64,000 bases of DNA, from contig CAVXTP010000011.1 in assembly GCA_963764715.1 (NCBI GenBank), positions 1 through 64,000 of the forward strand, in the 5' to 3' direction. The notes below the pieces were generated by a model. It had not been told where the DNA came from and ran no database searches. It saw only the letters and a list, made by a program, of their open reading frames with translations. The position numbers and the translations under genes were made by a program. Of the stretch, positions 9,071-18,510 are shown in pieces. Numbering within the stretch: position 1 is the first letter of the stretch; each line of letters begins with the position of its first letter. This stretch comes from an uncultured Acidobacteriota bacterium (lineage in GTDB: Bacteria; Acidobacteriota; Thermoanaerobaculia; UBA5066; Gp7-AA6).

Positions 9071-12000
9071 TCATGGCAAGCCAAAGGCCTTAACCAGGAA
9101 CACCGCCATCTGGCCTCGCGTATTTGGGTTCGCCGGACAGTAGTTCCCGCCTCCGCAGCCTCCGGTGATGTTCTCGTGGAAGAGTTGCTCGATCCATGCA
9201 GCGAACTGTGACATGCAGCTGACATCCTGGAAGATGCCAGTGCAAGCGGGCGGTGTGTAGGACGAGCCGTGCTCAGCTTTGAGGAGAAACACAGCCATCT
9301 GGGCTCGAGTGACGGGGCCTCCCGGACAGTAATTGCCGCCGCCGCAGCCCCCTGTGATGCCTTCATTGGAAAGCTGCTCAATCCAGTTAACCGCGAACGC
9401 GGGCGTCGGCGTGCACTCGACGTCGGTGAAAACCCCGATGCAGGCGGGTGGAACGTAGGTGCTGCCGTGCTCACTCTTCAGAAGGAATACCGCCATCTGC
9501 GCCCGCGTGACGGAGCTGTTGCGGCAGTAGTTTCCACCACCGCAACCGGCCGTGATGCCGTTGCGGAACACCTTCTCGACGGCCGCATGGAAGCCGTCGG
9601 CCTGCGGAACATCCAGAAAGTCAGCCATCCAACCTTGTGGCAGGGTCGTCTCTTGCGTGTCGGGGTTCGTCACCTTCACGTCGTTCAGCGTCCCGGCGGC
9701 CAGGGCAGGCGTCGTCCCCTGTACGGTCGACCCCGACTGAACCAAGGCGTCGGCCACCAGGCTGCCGCCAATTCTCAGAATCGCGCCATCTTGAAATGCG
9801 GTTCCTGTGACCAGCACCAGCGTCCCGCCATCGGCAGGACCCGAGGCGGGGTCAATCGCCGTAACGCTCGGGGCAGGAGATGGCGAGTAGGTGTAGGCAC
9901 TTGCAAGCGTTCCGCTTCCGCTTCCCGGATTGACGACAGTCACGGCGACGAGGCCAGGAGCGTGAGGAGGCGTGACGGCCGTTAGCGTAGTCGTGTCGAC
10001 GACGGAGACGTTCGTGGCCTGGTTGCCGCCGACGATGACCAGCGCACCTGGCTGAAAGAGCGTCCCCTCGATTGTGACAAAGGTGCCGCCGGCGCTCGCT
10101 CCACTGGCGGGAGAAATGCTCGTAACCGTCGGAACGATGCAACTGTTGAGCAGAACCGAGATTCCAGGCATGAGGGCGCCCTGGTTGTTCACGACGACAT
10201 CCGGCTTCCCGTCATCGTTGAGATCGCCGAGCACCAAGACTGAAGGTTCTCCGCCGACGAGGAAACGTACGCCGGGTGCGAAGCTCCCTGCGCCACTTCC
10301 CAAGAAGACCCAGACGACGCCGGTATTAAAGTCCGTGACGAGAACGTCGGCTATGCCATCCGCGTTGACGTCGGCGACCCCCACAGACGCCGGATCGCCG
10401 TTTTGGGACATCAGCAGGTCCGGACCGGCAACAAATTGACCATTTCCCGAATTGAACAGGATGGACACCAGGCTGCGCTCGTTGCTCGCTCTCGCTACAC
10501 CGACAACGAGGTCCGGCTTCCCGTCCCCGTTGACATCGCTCACTTCCAGCGAAATGGCATTCCCCGCGGAGAAAAGATGGGCCGCCCCGAAAGTACCGTC
10601 CCCATTCCCCAGTAGGATTGCAACCTTACCGATCGCCTGGTCCATCACTTCCAGATCCGGTTTTCCGTCACCGTTTACGTCGGCAGCCCTGACGGCGTTC
10701 GGACCAGAGCCGACAGAAATGGTGGTCGCGGTTCCCAGGTTCCCCGCGCCATCGCCAAGCGCGACGTAAGCGAGACTTTGACATGGATCCACCGTGACGA
10801 CGTCTTCATTACCGTCGCCATTGAAGTCTGCGACCGCCAGCGATACCACGCAGGATGAAGTCGAAGTGCTGCTGGGCGATCCGAATCCGCCGTTTCCGTC
10901 GCCGAGCAAGATCGAGACCGCACCAACCGAGATCGCCGCCAGATCCTGATTGCCGTCGCCATCGAAATCTGCGCCCGCGACGCTATAGAACTGGCCACCC
11001 GGCAATATCGTGGCCGCGTCGAGGCCGCCAGCGCCATTGCCGAGCGCCGTGGAAAGGCCGCTGTATGTCGCGCCCACGACGTCCAGGTGACCATCGTTGT
11101 CAAAATCATCCAGGAAGAGCGTGTCGTGTCCCGGAAAGGTCTGACCGACGAGACTGTAGAAGGGCGCGCCAGACCCAAAGTCCGCTGTCACCGAGTCCCG
11201 AAGAATCACGCCCACAGCGGAAAGCGATCCGCCGGCTGCAGTGCCAAAGACCATGTCGCTGAGCCCGTCGCCGTTGAGATCGCCGAAAATGGGGCTTGAG
11301 ACGTAGGCCTCGGTCAACACCGTTGGCCCTGGGGTGAAGTGATCCAAGCCGTCTCCGAAGAAGATCAAGATCCGCCCGTACGAATCGCCCACGCCCAGGT
11401 CGAGGTGGGAATCGGCATTGATTTGGTCGACCGTCACGCCAGATGGTGAAAAGGTCTCCGGGGTGAGGGTTTGACCCGGCGAAAAGTTCCCGGCACCGTC
11501 GCCTAACCAGGTCTGGATTTGGCCTGACATCGCCCCTGCGATCACCAGGTCTTGATGCCCGTCCTCATTGAGGTCTGCCACTTTGATTTCCACTGGCCCG
11601 GCCGCTACAAGAAACGAGTAGGAGTTTGCAAAGGTGGCGTGACCATCGTTGAGAAAGACCGTCGCATCGTCCGCCTGAGTGTTGACCGCAATGAGGTCCG
11701 GAGTTCCGTCGCTGTCAAAGTCGCCAGAGCTCAGGGACCATGTATCCGAATCCGCAGCGTACGGAACAGCCGGCTGAAGGGTGCCATCTCCATTACCGAG
11801 AAAGACATCGACGCTGCTGTTGCCAGCGTCCGCCACGGCGACATCAAGAACGCCGTCGCCGTTGAGATCGGCGATGATCGAGCCGACCGTGCCGCCGAGC
11901 GTCAGATAGTGGGTCGCCGGCAAGAACGTTCCATCTCCTTCGCCAAGGGAAACCCAAACTCCGGACCCGATGTAGTCGCTCAGGACGAGGTCAAGATTGC

Positions 12001-12331
12001 CGTCTCCGTTCAGGTCGTTCGTTTGCACGAAAATGAGACTCAACCCGACTGGTGTTGAAGCAGGTGGGCCAAAGCCACCGCGGCCGTCCCCGAGAAGGAT
12101 CGTTATTCCGGTCGTTGAGTTACTAGCGCTCAAGCCCGTGATCGCGAGGTCCGCGATTCCGTCGCCGTTGAAGTCCCCTTGAGCGATGGAATTTGCGATC
12201 CCCGAATCAAACAACGCGCTGCCAGAGGCGAAAGCGGGATTCAGACATTGGGCAGTGGCGCTTGAGATGCCTGTCAGAAGCAGGGCAACGCCAAGACCCA
12301 GCTGGAAGGTGACTCGTGATGGACCGATCAT
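9071..12331 (-). CDS. Secreted FG-GAP repeat / IPT-TIG / SLH-like surface protein
   Basis: Signal peptide; many D-x-N/D-G-D-G-x-x-D-L/V FG-GAP repeats; two PxVTxIxPASG IPT domains; C-terminal ITxGCGGGNYC...TRxQMAVFL repeats; RBS GGGAGG. Confidence 0.9.
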   Translation of the reverse strand: MIGPSRVTFQLGLGVALLLTGISSATAQCLNPAFASGSALFDSGIANSIAQGDFNGDGIADLAITGLSASNSTTGITILLGDGRGGFGPPASTPVGLSLIFVQTNDLNGDGNLDLVLSDYIGSGVWVSLGEGDGTFLPATHYLTLGGTVGSIIADLNGDGVLDVAVADAGNSSVDVFLGNGDGTLQPAVPYAADSDTWSLSSGDFDSDGTPDLIAVNTQADDATVFLNDGHATFANSYSFLVAAGPVEIKVADLNEDGHQDLVIAGAMSGQIQTWLGDGAGNFSPGQTLTPETFSPSGVTVDQINADSHLDLGVGDSYGRILIFFGDGLDHFTPGPTVLTEAYVSSPIFGDLNGDGLSDMVFGTAAGGSLSAVGVILRDSVTADFGSGAPFYSLVGQTFPGHDTLFLDDFDNDGHLDVVGATYSGLSTALGNGAGGLDAATILPGGQFYSVAGADFDGDGNQDLAAISVGAVSILLGDGNGGFGSPSSTSTSSCVVSLAVADFNGDGNEDVVTVDPCQSLAYVALGDGAGNLGTATTISVGSGPNAVRAADVNGDGKPDLEVMDQAIGKVAILLGNGDGTFGAAHLFSAGNAISLEVSDVNGDGKPDLVVGVARASNERSLVSILFNSGNGQFVAGPDLLMSQNGDPASVGVADVNADGIADVLVTDFNTGVVWVFLGSGAGSFAPGVRFLVGGEPSVLVLGDLNDDGKPDVVVNNQGALMPGISVLLNSCIVPTVTSISPASGASAGGTFVTIEGTLFQPGALVIVGGNQATNVSVVDTTTLTAVTPPHAPGLVAVTVVNPGSGSGTLASAYTYSPSPAPSVTAIDPASGPADGGTLVLVTGTAFQDGAILRIGGSLVADALVQSGSTVQGTTPALAAGTLNDVKVTNPDTQETTLPQGWMADFLDVPQADGFHAAVEKVFRNGITAGCGGGNYCRNSSVTRAQMAVFLLKSEHGSTYVPPACIGVFTDVECTPTPAFAVNWIEQLSNEGITGGCGGGNYCPGGPVTRAQMAVFLLKAEHGSSYTPPACTGIFQDVSCMSQFAAWIEQLFHENITGGCGGGNYCPANPNTRGQMAVFLVKAFGLP

Positions 12332-12469
12332 TGCGCAGCCTCCCGTCTTGTTGGTTGTCGGCGAGACGAGTCTCCCCGGGCTGCGAACATGGTTCCGCCA
12401 CAGCTACGGCCGGCGCATCACCAAAAGTGATGATGCGAGCAGTCCTGTTGGAGAGAGGGCTAGCCGGTG

Positions 12470-13630
12470 TTAGGTGGTTGAACCAGCGCCGTCTTTCAGC
12501 TCTCTGAGGCCAGCGGCGGTGAGCATCAGGATGCGGATCAGATCTCCTAGACGTCGCGATCCGGTCTTCTCGAGCAAGTGACGAACGTGCGTGCGCGCAG
12601 TGTTGATCGTAATCCCGATCGAGTCCGCCACGCCTTCGACACTGTCCCCGTGCATAAGTCGGTCGGCAAACGTCGCCTCGGCCGGGGTAAGTCGGTACGA
12701 GCGGTACAAACATTCGAAGTTTGTCTCGATGCGCCGTTCCGGGTCGGTGATGAAGACCACGGCGGCTGGCCCGGTAACACCGAACAGTGAGCCGCGCGCC
12801 CGTAGCGGCGAGATCAGCACCGCGTATGGTCGCCGGAGCGACGGCCTCGATATCGCGATGACACCGCCTGAATCCATCTGCCCTCGTGCTTTGGCGCCAA
12901 TTGCGCCGGACAACAGGGCTTGCAACTGTCTCGTCTGATCTCTTCCCGCGGCCGAGAGGCCGTCCCGACCCAGCGTCAGGCCGTCTCGTGCCGCGAAGAT
13001 CTCATCCGCTGCACGATTTGCGAGGAGGACAGTGCACTTCGCGTCGACCAAAACAATGCCGAATGGTGCCCGGTCGAGTGCCTCGCCGGCCGCGTCACGA
13101 CAGTTCTCGAGTTCGATGATACGGTGATGAAGCTGCAGAGCCCGTTGAAGATGCGGAACGAGAGCTTCCAGGAGGATCGACTCAGTGTTGTCGAAGGGCC
13201 CTCGCCGTTTGGGCCGCAGCAGACTCAGATGGGCGAAAGTAACTGTGTTGCGAAAGGGAAACGTGCCGAGTAGATAGCGCTTGTCCATCTTCCGAAGGAA
13301 GTCGTTGTAATACTCAGTCTTGAGAAAGACCTCGTCGGGCAGGAGCTGCTCGCTCGTGATTACCTCTCCGGGTCGAAAGCTCGACGAGGCGGCGATCCAA
13401 TCATTGCGCGCCGCGTAGTACTTCTCATAATCGTGAGCGAAGACGGGGTCGAAGCCGACCGCTTGCGCGACGGACGCGTGCCGCGAACGGGCATTCTCAA
13501 AAACGAGAGCCGTCAGGGGGCTTCGGGTTACGCGGCCGAGGCGATCGAGGAATGTGGTCCAGTGGCAGGGGTCCTCCGCTGCCGCGTAGATGCAATCCAC
13601 CAGCTCAAGAACGGATTCTTGGTGGATCAT
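12470..13630 (-). CDS. LuxR-family HTH regulator with GAF/PAS-like N-terminal region
   Basis: ATG 13630; LVDCIYAAAEDP..W, LVPHLQRAL, PAS-like VLLANRAA, C-terminal LTPAEA...VADSIGITINTARTHVRHLLEKTG. Confidence 0.88.
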   Translation of the reverse strand: MIHQESVLELVDCIYAAAEDPCHWTTFLDRLGRVTRSPLTALVFENARSRHASVAQAVGFDPVFAHDYEKYYAARNDWIAASSSFRPGEVITSEQLLPDEVFLKTEYYNDFLRKMDKRYLLGTFPFRNTVTFAHLSLLRPKRRGPFDNTESILLEALVPHLQRALQLHHRIIELENCRDAAGEALDRAPFGIVLVDAKCTVLLANRAADEIFAARDGLTLGRDGLSAAGRDQTRQLQALLSGAIGAKARGQMDSGGVIAISRPSLRRPYAVLISPLRARGSLFGVTGPAAVVFITDPERRIETNFECLYRSYRLTPAEATFADRLMHGDSVEGVADSIGITINTARTHVRHLLEKTGSRRLGDLIRILMLTAAGLRELKDGAGSTT

Positions 13631-13929
13631 GTCGGCACGACAACGTCGATGAATCGCCCTTGGGCAAGAGGTTGGGTGAGAACAAAGTGAGAGGCACCCT
13701 TCCAAGCTGCGAGGTCGGACGCCGCAGAACTGTCGATCAAGATCCGTTTGGAAGACATTGTCTCAGGCTGAAATCTGGAGCCCATTCTCTGACAATCAGC
13801 GTCCCGTAGGGAGGACCTCTGGCCCCCTGGAGCGGCGGAACGGTCCTTATCGTCCCATCCTCTGAGTTCACCGTACGTGCTCCGATGAACAGGCTCGATT
13901 CCACCGCTCCGGCTAACTCGTTGAAACCA

Positions 13930-14086
13930 TGGTCGGGGCGGCCGGGATCGAACCGGCCGCGCCTCGCTGCGCTCGGCACGTCCGCGGCGGCGTCCCCAGG
14001 CGGGGGGCTGTGCCCCCCGAGCCCCCCATGGTCGCCGGTTCGATCCTGCTGATTTCGCGTTCGGAATGGCGCGTCGAATGAAGCTT
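13930..14086 (-). repeat. tRNA-Pro trailer element, copy B
   Basis: Second T-arm+acceptor+CCA copy 13930-13957, GC-rich core, antisense 19-mer 14028-14046, 40-bp spacer to the tRNA CCA. Confidence 0.85.
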
Positions 14087-14161
14087 TGGTCGGGGCGGCC
14101 GGGATCGAACCGGCGACCATCTGCTCCCAAAGCAGATACGCTACCGCTGCGCTACGCCCCG
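14087..14161 (-). tRNA. tRNA-Pro (anticodon TGG)
   Basis: 75 nt cloverleaf CGGGGCG-TA-GCGC-AGCGGTA-GCGT-A-TCTGC-TTTGGGA-GCAGA-TGGTC-GCCGG-TTCGATC-CCGGC-CGCCCCG-A-CCA; GATAAT -10-like hexamer at 14171-14176 (minus). Confidence 0.97.
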
Positions 14162-14229
14162 ATGGGCGGGATTATCCCACCGCCGGAAAACCAACGGCGC
14201 TCGGCCCTTCGGAGGAGTAGATTCGGCAG

Positions 14230-14634
14230 GTGCTCGTGCTGCCGGTCGCGATCCTCATTCCGCTGTTCCTCTCCATGGCCGGCCCGGCTCCGGATCAGCG
14301 AAAGGCTCTTCCCGCGGGCGAGTGGGGCGGAGAGCAAGTGAGCCTTTCGGTGACGGAGAAAGGAGCCCGCCTCGAGCTCGCCTGCGCCCACGGGTCGATC
14401 GAGACCGCGATTCTCCTCGACGGGGAGGGCCTCTTCGACGTCGCCGGGGTCTACGTTCGCGAGGGACCGGGGCCCGTGCGGCTGGAAGACGAGGGGGGCG
14501 AACCGGCGCGCTTCTCGGGTAGGGTCGACGGCGACGCGATGACGCTCACGGTCGAGCGGACGACGGGATCCCGCCACATCGGGCCCTTCAAGCTGGACAA
14601 GGGCCGACGGGTCCGGATCATCAAGTGCCAGTGA
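14230..14634 (+). CDS. Exported hypothetical protein
   Basis: Hydrophobic N-terminus; GEWGGEQ...ACAHGSI; TAGATT 6 nt before GTG. Confidence 0.65.
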   Translation: MLVLPVAILIPLFLSMAGPAPDQRKALPAGEWGGEQVSLSVTEKGARLELACAHGSIETAILLDGEGLFDVAGVYVREGPGPVRLEDEGGEPARFSGRVDGDAMTLTVERTTGSRHIGPFKLDKGRRVRIIKCQ

Positions 14635-14650
14635 GCCGGACTCGGCCGCG

Positions 14651-16133
14651 CTAGCGGCCGGCGATGCGCCGGGCGGCCGTCTCGGTCGCCGCCTTCATCA
14701 GGAGATCGAGGTCGCTCGACCGCGTGCGGTGGTTCGTCAGGTTGACGCGAATCGCCAGGGCTCCGCGAATCCTCGTCGTGGAGGGAGCCGCGACGCCGCT
14801 CTCCTGAAGATCGACGACGACGTCCTCGTTCAGCCGGTCGAGCGCCGCATCGTCCCAGGCCGCGGGCCGGAAGCGGAAGCAGACGATGTCGAGCGCCGGT
14901 TCGTTCAGCAGTTCCGACACCGGGCGTGCGCCGGACGAGGTCGGCGAGGTACTGCGCCTGCCGGCAGTTCTTCTCGATCGCCCGGGCGAAGGCCCGGACG
15001 CCGTGCTCCTTCAGCGCGAACCAGACCTTGAGCGCCCGGAAGCCCCGGGAAAGCTCCGGCCCGAGGTCGGCGGGCCACTCGCCCCCGCCGGCGAGGCCGC
15101 GGCTGACCGAGCGCAGGTAGGCGGGCTGCATGGAGAACGCCGCGCGGTGCCGGTCTCCGTCCCGGACGAGAAGGCAGCCGGCGTCGTACTGCACGTGCAT
15201 CCACTTGTGGAAGTCGAACGCGAGCGAGTCCGCGCGCTCGAGACCTCGCACGCGCGGGCGCAGCTCGTCGCTCAGCGCGGCGAGCGCCCCGAAGGCGCCG
15301 TCGACGTGAAACCACAGGCCTTCCGCGCGGCAGACGGACCCGATCGCCTCGAGGTCGTCGATCGAGCCCGTGTTGACGGTTCCGGCGGTGCCGATGACGC
15401 AGAAGGGCTCGCTCCCCGCGGCGCGGTCCGCGGCGATCGCTCTCCGCAGCGCGTCGACGTCCATCCGGAACCCGGCGTCGACCGGCACCGGGCGCAGGGC
15501 CTCGCGCCCGAGCCCGAGGATCTCGACGGCCCGCGTGACGGACTGGTGGGCCTCCGCCGACGTGTAGGCCGTCAGCGGCTTCGCGCGGCCCTGGAGTCCG
15601 CGAAGCCGGACGTCGCCATTGCCGTGCGCGTTGCGCGCGACGGTCAGGCCCACGAGGTTGGCCATCGAGGTGCCGGTCAGGAGAATGCCGCTCGACTCCG
15701 CGGGAAAGCCGAACATCGAACGGCACCACTCGATGACGGCGCGCTCGACGTAGAGCCCGGCATGGACGCGGCCTCCGCAGTTCGTGTTCATCGCCGCGCC
15801 GAGGAGCTCCGCCACGATGCCGGACGGCAGGCCGACGCCGTGGACCCATCCGAAGAAGCGGGGGTGGATGTTGCCGACGGGGAAGGGGAGCACGAGCTCG
15901 CGGAAGTGCCGGTACGTCGCGGCGAGCCCCTGGGGGCCGGCCGGCAACGGTTCGGCGAGCCTCGCCTGGACGGACTCGGGGACCGGTCGCCAGACCGGCC
16001 GCTCGCGGACCGTGCGGACGAAGTCGATGGCCTCGTCGAGGGCCGAGTGCGCGAGCGAGCGGAGCTCTTCCCAGTCGGCGGGATCGAGAGAGTCGGGGGA
16101 TTCGGGGTCGTCGGTTTCGGGGCCGTCCGTCAT
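14651..16133 (-). CDS. Group II PLP-dependent decarboxylase (frameshift near 14915)
   Basis: ATG 16133; HPRFFGWV, TAGTVNTGSIDDL, WFHVDGAFG, ADSLAFDFHKW; C-terminus (LDIVCFR...NHRT) is in another frame after one extra base. Confidence 0.85.
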
Positions 16134-17278
16134 TGCGGGGACTGTACCGCGCCTGCCCGGCGCGGCGCCGCTTCCCGGAGGCCGCGCGCAGCGAGAATCC
16201 TGAGCTGACGCAGGGCCCGGCGCCAGGGCGGCTGTCGGCGTCCGGCGAGCGCCCGTTCGACCTGCTTGAAGAGCCGCCTGTCCTTCAGGCCCGCGAGGAC
16301 CTCGCGCCACTGGCCTTCCACTTCCGGATGCACCTCGTACAGGCTTCCGATCGCCGTCCGAAGCGAGGGGGCAGTCTCGAACGAGGCCAGGCCGTCGGGC
16401 GAGCCCGACACGAGAAGCTGCATCCGGGTCCGGATGCATTTCTCGCAGATGCCGCAGTTGAGCTCCCGCGTCTTCCCCGCCCAGCAGACGCGAAGACGTC
16501 CTCGAACCTGCTCCCAGTTGGCGATCGAAGCGACTCGCTCCAAGCGCGTGAGTTCGGCGCTGACATTCTCAAGCTTCACGGAACCCGAAGACCATGCCGC
16601 GTCGAGGTCTGGCGCCGACCCCCAGGGGGGTGGCACGTCGCTCGCCGCCACGTACATCGTTTGAACGTGGGGGCCGAGAGCGTGGGCCATGGCTGACAGC
16701 GCGCCGATGTGATTCATCTCCCATCTGGCCAACCTGAACACCGGATGGTCGCGGAGGTTGGTCCGGATCGTCACGAACTCGACGCCGCACGCTTCGGCCG
16801 TCGCGCCGAGCGAGGCGCGGGCGCGGCGGAGCCGTTCCTCGTCCTGGAGCGGGATGTCGAATCCCTCGACGAAGACGGCGTACCGGAGCCGCGGATGGAG
16901 CTGCTGGAGGACGTACGCCGAGTCGATGCCGCCCGTGTAGAAGACTCCCGCGTCCGGGCCCGCCGGCGCGGCCGTCCCGACGGGAGCGCGGACCTCGCCG
17001 TTGGAAAGCGCGGGCCACCAGTCGTGCGCCCGCTTTCGGACGAAGGCGAGATTCTCGAGGAAGGCCGCATCGAGCGGGCCGTCGACGTCCAGGTTCGCGT
17101 GGAGGGACATCACCGGCATGAGAAAGGGGCAGACGAGGACCTCCGGCCGGGCCGACAGCTTCAGACGCGACTCGAAGAACACCTCGGTGCCCGCGACCGT
17201 CGCCACCAGGCGCCAGAGGTCGGGCCCCGCGCGCTCGAGCCGCGGCGTCGGTATCGCGATGACGCTCGTGTCCGACAT
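16130..17278 (-). CDS. PP-loop (adenine nucleotide alpha hydrolase-like) protein with Cys cluster
   Basis: VFYTGGIDS (SGGxDS-like), LRVCW...NCGICEKCIRT; start and stop overlap both neighbours. Confidence 0.7.
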   Translation of the reverse strand: MSDTSVIAIPTPRLERAGPDLWRLVATVAGTEVFFESRLKLSARPEVLVCPFLMPVMSLHANLDVDGPLDAAFLENLAFVRKRAHDWWPALSNGEVRAPVGTAAPAGPDAGVFYTGGIDSAYVLQQLHPRLRYAVFVEGFDIPLQDEERLRRARASLGATAEACGVEFVTIRTNLRDHPVFRLARWEMNHIGALSAMAHALGPHVQTMYVAASDVPPPWGSAPDLDAAWSSGSVKLENVSAELTRLERVASIANWEQVRGRLRVCWAGKTRELNCGICEKCIRTRMQLLVSGSPDGLASFETAPSLRTAIGSLYEVHPEVEGQWREVLAGLKDRRLFKQVERALAGRRQPPWRRALRQLRILAARGLREAAPRRAGAVQSPQ

Positions 17279-18291
17279 CAGAAGTCGGAAGGATCGAGGT
17301 GCGTCGAGTACTTGTCAAGGTACGGAAGGGGGGAGTCCGCGCAGACGAACGTCGCGAGGACCTCGCCATCCTCGTTTCGCAGGGAATCGAAGCCGGAGGC
17401 CTCTTGTCCCTCGAGGAACCGGAGGAGGCCCGCCAGGGCGAGACCCGAGCTCGGGCCTCCCATGATGCCGCATCGGCAGAGCTCGAGGCTCTTCTTGAAG
17501 GATTCCTTCGTCCCGACCTCCACGATGCTGTCCGCCGCGTCCCGCCACGGAAACTCGATCTCGCCGAGCATGCGCTCGGACCGGAGCCCCGGCACCGCGC
17601 TCTCGGGATCGCACATCGCGCCGACGACCTTGACTCCGGTCGCGTTGCGCCGGAAAAACCGGCTCGCGCCGACGAGCGTTCCGGTCGTTCCGAGCCCCGC
17701 GACGAAGACCGTGAGCCGGCCTTCGGTCTGCGCCCAGATTTCCGGGGCGAGCCACTTCTCGAAGGCCCGGGGATTCGCGTCGTTCTCGTACTGGGCGAGG
17801 TTGAACCACCCGGGTTGTCTTCCGGTCTCGCGCGCCTGGGCGATCCCGCTCGGCGGGTGGCCCGTGTCGCGGACGAACCGCGGCTCGATGCCGCCGAGGC
17901 GAAGCAGATCGAGCTTTCCCGGAGCGAGGTCCCACGGAACCATGGCCACGACGCGCGAGATCCCGAAGTGCTCGGCAAGGACCCCGAGTGCGAACGCCGT
18001 GTTGCCGGAGGAGTTCTCGACGAGCGTCTCGACCCCTTCGAGATCGCCGGCGGCCGAGGCCTCGAGAAGCATGTTGGACGCCGTCAGGGATTTGACGTTC
18101 AGGAGAGGGAGCAGGTACATCAGCTTGCCGAAGAGCCGGACGTCCTTTTGCCGGAACGGATTCAGGCGATCGGGGAGCTCCACGAGCGGAAGCTCCGGGT
18201 GGTTTTCCGGATTCAGGAAACTCCGGATGGCGTCCGGACCGGAGAACACTCCGCGGCGCGGGGCGACGGCCCTGTCGATGACTTTGCTGAT
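17278..18291 (-). CDS. Divergent cysteine synthase-family (fold type II PLP) enzyme; start uncertain
   Basis: PLVEL, LNVKSL (PLP Lys), VENSSGNTA, NLAQYENDAN, AGLGTTGT, GGPSSG; GGAGG lies 4 nt before an in-frame ATC at 18291; the ORF is open to ATG 18420. Confidence 0.8.
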   Translation of the reverse strand: MSKVIDRAVAPRRGVFSGPDAIRSFLNPENHPELPLVELPDRLNPFRQKDVRLFGKLMYLLPLLNVKSLTASNMLLEASAAGDLEGVETLVENSSGNTAFALGVLAEHFGISRVVAMVPWDLAPGKLDLLRLGGIEPRFVRDTGHPPSGIAQARETGRQPGWFNLAQYENDANPRAFEKWLAPEIWAQTEGRLTVFVAGLGTTGTLVGASRFFRRNATGVKVVGAMCDPESAVPGLRSERMLGEIEFPWRDAADSIVEVGTKESFKKSLELCRCGIMGGPSSGLALAGLLRFLEGQEASGFDSLRNEDGEVLATFVCADSPLPYLDKYSTHLDPSDF

Positions 18292-18510
18292 AGTTCCTCC
18301 GGGTACCCGACCCGTAGAAGCAAAACCCGTACCCGGCCGCCCGAATGCCCGGAACTTGGCTTCGCCCGACCTGTCCTCGAGGCCAGCTTCGTTGCGTCGT
18401 TTGGACTGATGCAGTCGCACCAGTTGTGACGCCCCGGGAGCCGAATCGGTGAGTGTGCATCTGGGTGCCCGCGCCGTCGGCGCCTACGCTGAGTTGGTGA
18501 GGAGGCTCCG

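Larger units (their letters stand above)
8998..14130. mobile_element. Integrase-less genomic island/islet at tRNA-Pro
   Basis: Bounded by 44-bp direct repeats of the tRNA 3' half; interior is visibly richer in A/T than the flanks; two cargo genes and no recombinase. Confidence 0.7.

Noticed and set aside
13806-13847. GTAG-headed weak palindrome inside the island
   Set aside because: Only a 6-bp stem and no second copy in the window.
13627-14130. ORFs over the tRNA trailer and island end as an integrase remnant
   Set aside because: No recombinase motifs; they translate repeat sequence.
14905-14925. Programmed frameshifting or selenocysteine recoding at the broken genes
   Set aside because: No slippery heptamer or in-frame TGA at the breaks; several unrelated genes are affected.
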